Notes: generated from the sequence alone by a model not told the origin. Shown: positions 1 through 10,592, numbered from the stretch's first letter. The stretch is 38,340 nucleotides of DNA from Octopus bimaculoides (GCF_001194135.2 NC_068983.1:2732769-2771108); one strand, 5' to 3'. Program-made: numbers and translations.

Positions 1-42
1 CGGAAGGGGATCTTTACCCTTTCAATATATATATAGATATAT

Positions 43-442
43 CAGGCGTGGTTGTGTGGTAAAAAGTCGCTTCTCAACTACATGGTTCCGGGTTCAGACC
101 CACTGCATGACACCTTGGGCAAGTGTCTTCTACTATAGCTTCAGGCCGACAAAAGCTTTGTGAGTGGATTTGGTAGACGGAAACTGAAAGAAGCCCGTCG
201 TGTGTGTGTGTGTGTGTGTGCGCGCGCGCGCGCGCGTGTCCGCATTTGTCTCCTACCACCGCTCGACAACCGTATTGGTGTGTTTAGGCACCCGCAACTT
301 ACCGGTTCATCAAAAGTGACCGAGAGAATAAGTACTAGGCTTTAAAATAAGTCCTGGGATTGATTTGTTTAACGAAAACCATTCACGGTGGTGCTCCATC
401 ATGGCCGCAGTCAAATGGAACAAGTAAAAGTATAAAAGAATA
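43..442 (+). mobile_element. tRNA-derived CORE-type SINE (octopus OR-like), near full length, with internal (TG)n/(CG)n tract
   Basis: Head with A-box-like GGTTGTGTGGT and B-box-like GGTTCAGACCC, CORE-like GACACCTTGGGCAAGTGTCTT, TG tract at about 200-238, and tail GGTGCTCC..CATGGCCGCAGTC...AAAAGAATA also seen at 4256-4313 and 16456-16508. Confidence 0.8.
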
Positions 443-459
443 TACAGATCGACAGACAG

Positions 460-493
460 ACATATATACATACATTCGTACTTACATGCATAC

Positions 494-524
<31 letters not shown>

Positions 525-546
525 CATACATACATACATGCATGCA
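460..546. repeat. (TACA)n microsatellite
   Basis: Directly visible tetranucleotide tract. Confidence 0.95.
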
Positions 547-550
547 TAAA

Positions 551-1054
551 TACCAGCAAAACTTGTGGAATATTCCCATCAAAGCATCGGACAAGTGTAA
601 GCATAACACGCTGGATATTGTTGTTTGGGACAGACAAGAAAAAGTATGTACCATCACAGAGGTCAGCTGTCTTCCTGCTGATCTGAATGTCTCTTTGGAA
701 ATCAAAGAGAAACAAAATAATTATGGACAACTGCTTCGAAACCTCCAGTTTCTATATCCGGATTACAAGTTTGCATTTCTATCAATAGATAGCTGGAGCA
801 CTAGCGTTTGTAAATAAAGGCCTAAGTGTCAGTCTGGATAAGCTTGTATTTCCAGGCAAAAGAAATCAACCAACTGATTCGCACGTTACGAATAGAATCT
901 TTCGGTGGAACAGTAAAACTATGCAAGACTTTTCCAAGGTTTAAAATGTGACATTGTTTTCGTTATCTACATTCCAACGATGGAGATTTGTGTCTTTGTT
1001 AGAAACCGGTTCCTTCTTCAGAGGAGGAAGTTAAATGATTAAATGCAGAAGTGA
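551..1054 (+). mobile_element. 5'-truncated R4-clade non-LTR retrotransposon (RLE C-terminus plus 3' UTR), frameshifted
   Basis: Translates as WNIPIK..KCKHNTLDIVVWD..EKVCTITEVSC.PAD...RNLQFLYPDYKF and, after frameshifts, GGTVKLCKTF.RFKM* (TGA 949-951). This is a PD-(D/E)xK RLE signature with PD mutated to LD, homologous to 25416-25780. Confidence 0.85.
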
Positions 1055-1068
1055 CATACATACATACA

Positions 1069-1098
<30 letters not shown>
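1055..1098. repeat. (CATA)n microsatellite at the 3' junction of the RLE element
   Basis: Directly visible. Confidence 0.95.
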
Positions 1099-1099
<1 letters not shown>

Positions 1100-1305
1100 G
1101 GGAGAATTTACGAAAAAAACAACAGACGAAGACAGGTGGTGTTAACAACAAATGGATGTATTAGTTTAACGCTCGGGAATAGAGAAAGTCTTTGACGTTT
1201 CGAGCTACGCTCTTCAACTGAAAGGAGCACAGAAAGAAATAAGGAAAGAAACAAGGAGAAAAAAAATATAAATGTAGTGGTCAGCGATCTATCATGGCGA
1301 ATGCC
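1099..1305 (-). mobile_element. Non-autonomous Penelope pLTR-like repeat carrying a hammerhead motif
   Basis: About 205-bp segment bounded by (CATA)n on both sides and containing the minimal hammerhead motif typical of Penelope pLTRs at 1190-1224. Confidence 0.55.
1190..1224 (-). ncRNA. Minimal type-I hammerhead ribozyme motif, core mutated
   Basis: Minus strand reads CTTT-CAGTTGA-A-GAGC-GTA-GCTC-GAAA-C-GTC-AAAG: stem I CTTT/AAAG, stem II GAGC/GCTC, palindromic ACGT stem III, GUC triplet. The core deviates from CUGANGA at two positions. Confidence 0.65.
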
Positions 1306-1640
1306 ATACATACATACATACATACATACATACATACACACATATAATTGACGCGGATTCTCGAAATCCAATCTATTAGTGGCACAGGGAAGATTTGCAA
1401 GGCATTCCAAAAATTCTTCAAATGAGATTCTTATGTCAACAGATATACACGCTTGGCTGCACACATCGACATTTCAACCAACTCAGCCACAAATCCACAG
1501 TCACCGGGAACACTCTTAACTCAAAATGTCTTGTCACTTTCTTAAGGACTGGCGTGATCTTAAGATCTTAAATTAAACTAAAACAAAAATCATACTTACA
1601 TGCGCGCGCGCACTTACATACACATATACATATACATGCA

Positions 1641-1697
<57 letters not shown>

Positions 1698-2039
1698 TTT
1701 CCCTATTTGTCACCGGTGACAGAATATCCCAGAAACATCTGCAAGACTGATTTTTCTTTTCTGATAATAATAATGTATATGACTTGAAATGTTTACCTCG
1801 CTTTAACGTTTGTTGTACTCTTTAACAATTATATATATATATATATATATATTCTTTCATTCCTTCCATCTTTCTATCAGCCCCTTCACACTTTACTTTC
1901 GTTCATTCCAATCGTCGTTCATTCGTTCCCTCTCTCTCACATTTCCTGGCCTTCTCTTTATGCTGATCTTCCCCCCTCTTTCACTTCACTTGTCCCTTTC
2001 ATTTTTTCTCGCCCCTCCTTAATTTTTCTATCCCTCTGC

Positions 2040-2544
2040 CTTTACCTTTCTCTCTTCTCTCCCCCACGTGACCGGTATTCCGCAAAGCCTGACCTTTCTT
2101 TCTTGGATCTTCTACCATCCGTGCAACATCTTATATTCTTCCTTGTGCTTGTCAAATTTTATGTCTCTGCCATAAGGTTTTACTTCCACACACGCCTGCT
2201 CAATTTAATTCATCCTTTGTCGAAAGACACCAGTTGTATATGTCCTGATATTTGTATTTTGTACCATTTCTTCGTTTTTTCCTTCCTTGTTTTCGTATAC
2301 ATTCGCTGCTTTCTTCCAAAGTATCTAGTGCTCTTAGCTTAGTTTTTCCTTCGGGCTGGCCAGATTGGAGCAATCTCGAGTGTAACCAGCCGAAATTGCA
2401 AAGATAATCTGGAACTCGACTGAGGAAAGAAAACTCCGAATGACCTGTCCTTGTTTTCTTTGTATCGTCTATCTGGATGTTTTGTTGTCCTCTTTTTTGT
2501 ATCACCTAACTGTCAGGATGTTTTGCGTTCTTGTCCCATTTTTG

Positions 2545-2550
<6 letters not shown>
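2040..2550 (+). mobile_element. Probable interspersed repeat (pLTR-like) with degenerate hammerhead-like motif at 2420-2449
   Basis: CTGAGGA...CCGAA-TGACC-TGTC arrangement followed by a pyrimidine-rich segment ending at (TA)n. No second copy in the window to confirm. Confidence 0.35.
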
Positions 2551-2580
<30 letters not shown>

Positions 2581-2739
2581 NNNNNNNNNNNNNNNNNNNN
2601 NNNNNNNNNNNNNNNNNNNNNNNNNNNNNNNNNNNNNNNNNNNNNNNNNNNNNNNNNNNNNNNNNNNNNNNNNNNNNNNNNNNNNNNNNNNNNNNNNNNN
2701 NNNNNNNNNNNNNNNNNNNNNNNNNNNNNNNNNNNNNNN
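2581..2739. other. Assembly gap (N)
   Basis: Run of N between (TA)n and (GAA)n. Confidence 1.
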
Positions 2740-2903
2740 GAAGAAGAAGAAGAAGAAGAAGAAGAAGAAGAAGAAGAAGAAGAAGAAGAAGAAGAAGAAG
2801 AAGAAGAAGAAGAAGAAGAAGAAGAAGAAGAAGAAATATAGAAGGGAAGAAAGAGATAGAGGAGGGAAGAAAGAGATAGAGGAGGGAAGAAAGAGATAGA
2901 GGA
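2740..2903. repeat. (GAA)n tract followed by three copies of a 20-bp unit GGGAAGAAAGAGATAGAGGA
   Basis: (GAA)n 2740-2835; 20-mer starts at 2844, 2864 and 2884. Confidence 0.95.
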
Positions 2904-3374
2904 GAAGTTTGACTTCTACGAAAGTCACTTCCGGTGCTAACTTCAAGCTTAGAGTAAATATTGGCATTGCAGAAGAACGGTGACTGACATTAGATTCCTT
3001 TTAAGAAGGAAATCATCTCGTCTGAGCCAATATCCTGTCGTCTGTTCTTGCTGAGTTGATGCTTATATTTGTATCGATAAACTCTCACCTGTCTCTCTGT
3101 TTCTCTCAGAACAGGAATATTTGCAGATTGTTAAGTTTCAAAATTCTGATATTACTTTGTTGCTTCATTTCTGTCAAGGAAATCTAACAATATCAAAGAT
3201 AAAAAACTGTGAGAAACACCTCGCTATGGTTTCTATCCGGCAAAACCGGATAATGAGGAGCTGAACCACTAAAGAAGACAACAATGGCTAAACATGGTGA
3301 TGCTAAAGATAAGAAACGAAGTGTCTGGTTTTAGAACATCATTATCTAGACTCCAAGAACTATCATTGGCAGCG

Positions 3375-3550
3375 ATGGAGGATCCTCGACGTGGTCTCTG
3401 AATATGTTAGAAATAACCATCTAATCAACCTCAAATGACACAAGTCTTAAATAAAGGAAGAACATTGGATAATGGTGGCATTAGAAACTCTTAAACAGAT
3501 GGCGTGGTCACGCCTGGAATATTTTTAGTGATAAATCTAGTTCACTGGGC
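3375..3550 (-). mobile_element. Fragment of a SINE-like interspersed repeat (same family as 12300-12455 and 17450-17520)
   Basis: Minus strand TTCCAGGCGTGACCACGCCATC...ATTTGAGG...TATTTCTAACA aligns with 12330-12445 (TTGCAGCCGTGACCATCCCATC...ATTTGAGG...CATTTCTAACA). Confidence 0.6.
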
Positions 3551-3753
3551 ACATTTGGGTGTAAACACTCGCTAAAAGAACTGACCCTAGCTGCGTTACT
3601 TAAGCATCTCAATTAAGGGTTAGGGGCAGCATGAAGCATAGTTTCAACTCGGCTCTCCCTGTGTGACCCTAAATCTATTATTTAGACAATAGAATAACTA
3701 ATAAACAATAAATAATATAATAAATAATAATGAACAATATAATAATTATACAT

Positions 3754-3809
<56 letters not shown>

Positions 3810-3819
3810 NNNNNNNNNN

Positions 3820-4001
3820 CAAAAACATCTTTAAATGATTATTCCGGAGCATATTCACCATCTACTTCAATTACTGCTTCCCATTTGCTTGGTCAGACCA
3901 TCATTTAAAGGTGCTTTTGTCAAATATTGTTAATTGTTTTTGTTAAATAAAATTTGTTGGAAAAAAAAAAACAAAGCCGCAATAATTATGCACCAACTCA
4001 A
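3820..4001. mobile_element. Mariner-derived MITE, partial (left end in gap)
   Basis: Aligns with 28871-29018; right TIR GCCGCAATAATTATGCACCAACTCAA followed by TA. Confidence 0.8.
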
Positions 4002-4096
4002 TATATGTATGTATGTATGAATGTATGTATGCATGTATGTATGCATGTATGTATGAATGTATGAAGTTTGCATATATATGTGTGTGTGTGTCTGTG

Positions 4097-4313
4097 TGTC
4101 AGCGTTTGTTCCCTGCCACCGCTTGACAACTGGTGTTGGCGTCGTTACGTCCCCGTAATGTAGCAGATCAGCAAAAGATAAAACAAGATAGAATAAGTAC
4201 AAGGCTTTAAAAAAATAAGTTCTAGAATCGATTCATTTGACTATGAATTTTTCAACGTGGTGCCCCAGCATGGTTGCAGTCTAATGACTAAAACAGGTAA
4301 AAGATATGAAATA
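4097..4313 (+). mobile_element. 3' half of the CORE-type SINE family at 43-442
   Basis: CCACCGCTTGACAAC...GAATAAGTAC..GGCTTTAAAA..AAGT...GGTGCCCCAGCATGG aligns with 245-440. Confidence 0.8.
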
Positions 4314-4923
4314 GTTTTGTCAGGTGGTAATTCCGTTTCTAATAAAAATATCCTATGGAAGTAAAATGGAAGATTTTCTTTGGAAAGTTCTTGTTATTAT
4401 TGATGGTTCTTCTAAAAGATCCATATGGCTGTCTTCTCTTATATAAAGTGAATGAATAGAGTGTACAAAGGTCACATGACTTCCAGCAAAAATGGCCTCC
4501 GACATGAAATGTCCAGATATTTTAACAATGTTCTGCAGACATATAGGAAGCCGTTCAGGTGATGTTAGCAGGTGTCTCGTAATTATTTAGCCGCACTGCA
4601 GAGTAGAGGTCTCCGTCAAATAATCAATATGTCAAACTGATGACGTAAGGGGATAAGTAAGATTTTCACCAATGGAAAGAGAATGTGATATTTTAAGATG
4701 AAAACATCATCCTCTTCCGACTTGTATGAGGCATAACGCCAGCTCCTCTCTCCATCCTCATTTATAATACACGCGTCTTCTGACATATGCTAATGTCCAC
4801 ACAAACACACACACAAACACACAAACACACACACGCACACACACACTCACACACACACTCACACACACACTTACACACACACATATATTGACTTGTAATT
4901 ATATGCATACACNNNNNNNNNNA

Positions 4924-5008
<85 letters not shown>

Positions 5009-5026
5009 AAGAGAGGGAGAGAAAGA

Positions 5027-5062
<36 letters not shown>

Positions 5063-5169
5063 TGTGTATGTGTATGTGTGTGTGTGTGTGTATAGATTGA
5101 TAGATAGATAGATATATTTAGATATATGTTAAGGTATATATACACATACATAAACACATATTCATGCAG

Positions 5170-5600
5170 GTATATCAGATACCATACAATAATTGTATTC
5201 TTCTGTCTACTGTTTTACTCTTTATTCTTCAATTCCTTTATAAACTGTGATTTCCCTATCTAGAGCATTCATCCACACTCACCTTCTCTCTGATGAAGGA
5301 ACACTCAGTGTATGGAGATGCTAACCCACCACTTGGGATATCCCAGAAACAGCTGTAAGACATCCAATAATTAATTGATTAATTAATTACCTCAAATTCA
5401 CCTTACTCTAATTAGATATTCTAAATGACTTGAGGTACTCGTCCTACCTTGGTTTATCTTCTCCTTTTTCCTCGGAAGCCTACTGTGGAACTCTAGCTCC
5501 AGCCTCAGCTGTGAACTTGGAACATAACGGTTGAACAATTATAGCACTTACAACACACCGTACCTATCTGTTTAGGTCACCAGTGAACTAAACCGCTCAT
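5170..5600 (+). mobile_element. Penelope pLTR-like repeat containing a hammerhead motif
   Basis: Segment between microsatellites containing an intact hammerhead core; the boundaries are approximate. Confidence 0.45.
5287..5360 (+). ncRNA. Type-I hammerhead ribozyme motif with intact core
   Basis: TCT (5287-89), CTGATGA (5290-96), extended stem II region, GAAAC (5346-50), palindromic ACAGCTGT stem III, GUA triplet (5355-57), AGA (5358-60) pairing with TCT. Confidence 0.7.
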
Positions 5601-5788
5601 ATTCTATATATATATATATAAGAAAATGAAGGAGAATATGCGGTATCCATCGACTTGCAGACAGTGTATTCCATTGAATTAATTTATTTATTTTGTAACT
5701 AAAATGACAAAAACCACAATATACAGATGCTTATGACATACCATGTCAACCCCTAACTCTCTTGCATTATATATATATATATATATAT

Positions 5789-6081
5789 NNNNNNNNNNNN
5801 NNNNNNNNNNNNNNNNNNNNNNNNNNNNNNNNNNNNNNNNNNNNNNNNNNNNNNNNNNNNNNNNNNNNNNNNNNNNNNNNNNNNNNNNNNNNNNNNNNNN
5901 NNNNNNNNNNNNNNNNNNNNNNNNNNNNNNNNNNNNNNNNNNNNNNNNNNNNNNNNNNNNNNNNNNNNNNNNNNNNNNNNNNNNNNNNNNNNNNNNNNNN
6001 NNNNNNNNNNNNNNNNNNNNNNNNNNNNNNNNNNNNNNNNNNNNNNNNNNNNNNNNNNNNNNNNNNNNNNNNNNNNNNNNN
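5789..6081. other. Assembly gap (N) within (TA)n
   Basis: Run of N. Confidence 1.
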
Positions 6082-6595
6082 ATATATATATATATATATA
6101 CTTGTGTGTATGAATGTTAGTAACTGATAATGACAATACTATTGAATTGTAATTCTTGTTCTGGAAGTGATTTAGAAGTGGATAAATTTCGTAATATCTC
6201 TCAAGATGAATCTATATTATGTTACATATTCTATGATGCTGAAACCTTCCTAATTACCACGACATTACGACTCATCCATTCCTCTAATTTCATCATTTAG
6301 ATTTCCGAAGCGGAAGTTGTGTTTCCTAATTATTCTTAATTTCTTTGGGCGGAGTTTATTATTCGGCGTTGGACAGACATTTGTCCTTATGGCTTTTTAA
6401 AGTAATGTTTAGCTAGTTCTTAACTCTGCGTTCTTATCTGCCATTTATGTTTCGGAGAGGAGGCTAATGTTTTTGTGCGAGAATATATTACATTGAAAGT
6501 TTTGCCTGTTTGAATTTTGCAAATTTTAGTAATCTTGTCTGGCAGAAGTTTGGGATGGTTAGCACTAAGCAGTTTGCATGTTTTTCTGTCTTACA

Positions 6596-6686
6596 TATCT
6601 ATATTCCAACGATGGAGCTTTGAATCTTTGCTACAAACCAGTTCCTTCCTCGGGGGAAGAATTCAAATAATTAAAACAGAAGAGAA
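6596..6686 (+). mobile_element. Very short 3'-UTR copy of the RLE family at 551-1054
   Basis: About 80% identical by manual alignment to 964-1054 (TATCTAyATTCCAACGATGGAG...GTTCCTTC...CAGAAG) and likewise followed by (CATA)n. Confidence 0.8.
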
Positions 6687-6752
6687 CATACATACATACA
6701 TACATACATANNNNNNNNNNTACATACATACATGCATACATACATACATACA

Positions 6753-6786
<34 letters not shown>

Positions 6787-6800
6787 CATACATACAGATA
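6687..6800. repeat. (CATA)n microsatellite (contains a 10-N gap)
   Basis: Directly visible. Confidence 0.95.
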
Positions 6801-8849
6801 TACAAACATACAGACAAACAAGCAATCAGACACAGAGAGAGTTATGTAAATATTTACAAATATATAACAAACGTACAGATTCATCAACGCCGACATAACC
6901 GACTAACCGTTCTGTAGACACTCACAGCTGCATATTTTGAAACAAACTGAAGAATTGAAATCAATAATTGCGTAGGATGGTCATTATCGGATTGAACATT
7001 AGTTGTGCTGCATAGAACCAATAACTAAGTGATTATTATTGTCTACCAAGATGGACAGTGAATTTAGGAAGGTTAATGTACAGAGAACAAAAAACACACA
7101 CGTAGATACACATACATATATACATATACATGTACATACACACATACACATATACATATACATACTACTACTACTATTACTACTACTACATATTCTTAAT
7201 AACCTTAACATTCACTCCTTCCATTTTCCTGAAATGACTCTTTTCTCTCTTCTTGACCTTCCTTTTTACTCGATTTATCATTAAATTTCCCTGCAATACG
7301 ATCTGAAACACTAGTTAACTTGGTTAACTAGATCAAGCAATTAGATACCTGTAAATTCAAATAGAATTAACATTGAAGGTAATTCCTTGTGTAGGACAAG
7401 TAAATTTAAATATCGCTTAGACGAATTTCAAGAAATCCGGAGTATATAACGGCATGAAGAAAAATGGAAGAAACACATCTTGAATTGTTGATTACATCAC
7501 ATATTAGCGGCGATCGTTTCTATAGTGCCAGCTAATTAGATATAGGAAAAAGGTATAAAATATACGAAAATTTGTGCTAAGACAATGTTATCAAGGTAAC
7601 CAAGAACAGGTTGTTAAATTCCAATTGAACTGAAATAATATCCATAAAGCATGAACGCATACAAAAAGAATGTTAAGAAGAAATATAATATTTAAACTTA
7701 TCATGATGTCAGCAGATAACGAAAGAATAAAAACTAGATATAGAAATTCTACATTACTATGGGGTCCAGCGACTCCGAATGAGTAACTGATTTAGTGGGT
7801 ATTTGCATTGTTAACTCTATATATAGTGAATTTCCTAGATTAGCAAATGCATTTGGGATTTGAGAGCCAGGAACAAGCTATAATATAAAGTGGTCCGTTA
7901 TTTGTTACGCTTCATTGAACAAAATTGGTAATTTTAAATGTAATACTTATTTAAAGGAATGTATTATACTTATTATTTAAAGGAATGTATTATATTTCTT
8001 CTAAAATGATTAAATTGTTGAACCACTCTTCCGTTGACATGTTGCCATAAATATAGAAAAACGTTTAAATATTTTAAATAGTAAATAACACTTTTCCTAT
8101 GATCTAAAACCCATATTTTTTATAAACCTTCTCGCATACATAAATAGCAAGATAACTAAATGTCGTGACGAAGGATTTGTGATTATTGTTTATTTTTTCA
8201 GCATCTACTGACGTCATGAAATGTTCAAATACTAAGCTATATTTTCTTACAATATTATATTCCTTCTTGAAGTTCTTTTAGTATGCGATCATATATTATA
8301 GATTTTATTTCATTTCGCTTTGAATTTCACTCATTTTAGATTACTTTGATGAATCGATAGCATCACTTTCCCAATATATTGGTTTGACTGGTATTTTGTA
8401 CCTTTTCCCTTTATCTAAATATGCTGGCACAATAGAAATGATCGTCAGTAATGTATGGTGTAATCATTGATTAAAAATGTGATTGTCTCCATTCTTGTTT
8501 TTCTTATATATATATATATATATATATATATGATCATTCTCACTTATGCGATGCAAATGAATAATTGGTCAAGTCTAACAATTGCACATGAGCTCTTTAT
8601 CGGTTAATGTTTTCAGTAAATATAATACATAGGTAGAGTGAAGAGGAGAGAAATGGGGAGTGGAAGGAAAATGGCGATGAAGGAGAGAAAGAGAATAAAA
8701 AATGAGGCGGAGAAAAGAGAGAGAGGGGGAGAGAGAGGAGTAAGCAGCACTTAATAAATCTGAACTTTCCAAATGTGAGATGCAGGAAATTATTGTGAAC
8801 ATACTGAAAGTTCAAGTGTGATATATTCTCCTGCTCATATTAACAGCTG

Positions 8850-8872
8850 TTTATTATTATTATTATTATTAT

Positions 8873-8914
<42 letters not shown>

Positions 8915-8944
8915 CAGTAGTAGTAGTAGTAGTGNNNNNNNNNN

Positions 8945-8978
<34 letters not shown>

Positions 8979-9003
8979 GGTAGTGGTGGTGGTGGTGGTG
9001 GTA

Positions 9004-9048
<45 letters not shown>

Positions 9049-9110
9049 TTGTTACTATTATTATTGCGGGTTTTTTTTATGTTATTGTGGTTATTGTTGC
9101 TATTTCTATT
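8850..9110. repeat. Compound trinucleotide microsatellite (TTA)n-(GTA)n-(GTG)n-(ATA)n-degenerate (TTA/TTG)n
   Basis: Directly visible; explains ORF 8818-9135. Confidence 0.95.
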
Positions 9111-9111
9111 A

Positions 9112-9446
9112 TTTCAGAGACACACAACAGATTAGTGTTGGAAAAGAAAATCTCTTTACATCCTAGCTGTAATCCTAACATATTAGGGTTACAGTTAGGA
9201 TTACAGTAACTTTAGATGCCAAGAATCCTAGCTGTCCCTAATAACACTGTTTTCTGGAGGTGTCTAAACTGGGTCTTATGCTTATTTCCTCTATCCATCT
9301 ATCCAAGTCTTTAGGGATAGTTCCCAATACACCTATAACTACCGGGATACATTTTACCTGCACTTTCCATGATCTCTGTAAATCAATGGCTAGGTCCTGG
9401 TATTTTGCTACTTTCTCTATACCTCTCATATTTCTTCATTTAGGAC
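9112..9446 (-). mobile_element. Dong/R4-like retrotransposon 3' end, family B (RLE C-terminus plus 3' UTR)
   Basis: Minus strand translates EKVAKYQDLAIDLQRSWKVQVKCIPVVIGVLGTIPKDLDRWIEEI and, after a frameshift, LQKTVLLGTARIL, the typical R4/Dong RLE end. Confidence 0.85.
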
Positions 9447-10330
9447 TACAAGTGCTCCACCCTTACTGCAGCCCATGTTCGTTCAACGTACCTCTCGAGA
9501 TTTTTGCTCACTGTTCTCAGGGCTCCGACAATTATTGGTACTATTGCTACTTTTTTCATCGACCACAACTGCTTAACCTCCCAAGCTAACCTGTCATATC
9601 TCTCGACCTTTCTTTCTTCCTTATCGCATACCTTGTTGTCAGCTGGACATGCTATATCTATAATCCAGCATAGTTTGTTTTCTTTCTCAATTAAGACTGT
9701 CTGGCTTCCTATTTTCTATCTCTTATTTTCTATCGCACTGAATCATAAAATCCCATAGGATCTTTGCATTTTTATTTTCGACGATGCCTTCAGGTTTGTG
9801 GCCGTACCAATGTTTTGCTCTGTCAAGTCCAGGGTACATTGGCTGATAATATGCCATTCGGTTTCACCGTTTTGTCCACAGATTCTGCACCTATCACTTC
9901 CCGATGTGTTGTCTATTTTATATATTATGTAGTTTGTTCTTAGTGCTTGCTCTTGGGCAGCACAATTAGAGACTCTGTTTCCGGTTTTAAATTATTTTTA
10001 GTCATCCACAGCCATCTTTTTTCTCTGTCTGTCTCTCTTATCTTCAGCATCCCTATGAAATTGACCATGCATTCTTTTCTTTACCCTCCTATTTTCAGTT
10101 TCATTCGTTTTCAGTTTCTTGTGTAGTGCTTTATCTTTGCAATCTTCATCCTACGCAAGTCTGACCTTCCTACTTCTAATAATAGTGGTTCTGTGGCATT
10201 TCTACATACCATGCTATGTTGTTTTCATCTGCTCTAATGCTGTGTTCATATCCAATAAGTCCTCTTCCTCCTCTTTTTCTTGGTACATACAGTCTGTCTG
10301 TGTAACTTTTTAGGTGGAGTGACCCCTATC
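9447..10330 (-). mobile_element. Dong/R4-like retrotransposon fragment, family A (post-RT region, CCHC knuckle, RLE), decayed
   Basis: Frameshifted translation includes DRLYVPRKRGGRGL, CRICGQNGETEWHIISQC (C-X2-C-X8-H-X4-C, 9836-9889), HKPEGIVENKNAKILWDFMIQCD, RKPD and CWIIDIACPADNKVCDKEERKVERYDRLAWEVKQLW..VAIVPIIVGAL. Confidence 0.9.

Positions 10331-10385
<55 letters not shown>
10331..10385. repeat. (ATT)n microsatellite at the 5' junction of the Dong-like element
   Basis: Directly visible. Confidence 0.95.
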
Positions 10386-10559
10386 GACGTGTTCCCGCAT
10401 TCTTAATATGTTGTTGATGTTACTGTTTTTCAGTGGTGAAATTTGTAAACATGTTCTACAAAATTTCATAATTATTTTTCAATATTTTTCCATTCCTTCA
10501 GAGGAGAAGAAAGAATATTTTACAAACAAGAATTATGTTTATTTCTGGAATAACGAGAA

Positions 10560-10592
<33 letters not shown>

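Noticed and set aside
1708-7331. Short perfect palindromes (TGTCACCGGTGACA at 1708-21; CTAGTTAAC-TTG-GTTAACTAG at 7311-31)
   Set aside because: Isolated and short, with no associated element or repetition.
9183-9206. Interstitial telomeric repeat (TTAGGG-like)
   Set aside because: Only one TTAGGG, within a 12-bp duplication that belongs to a local hairpin.
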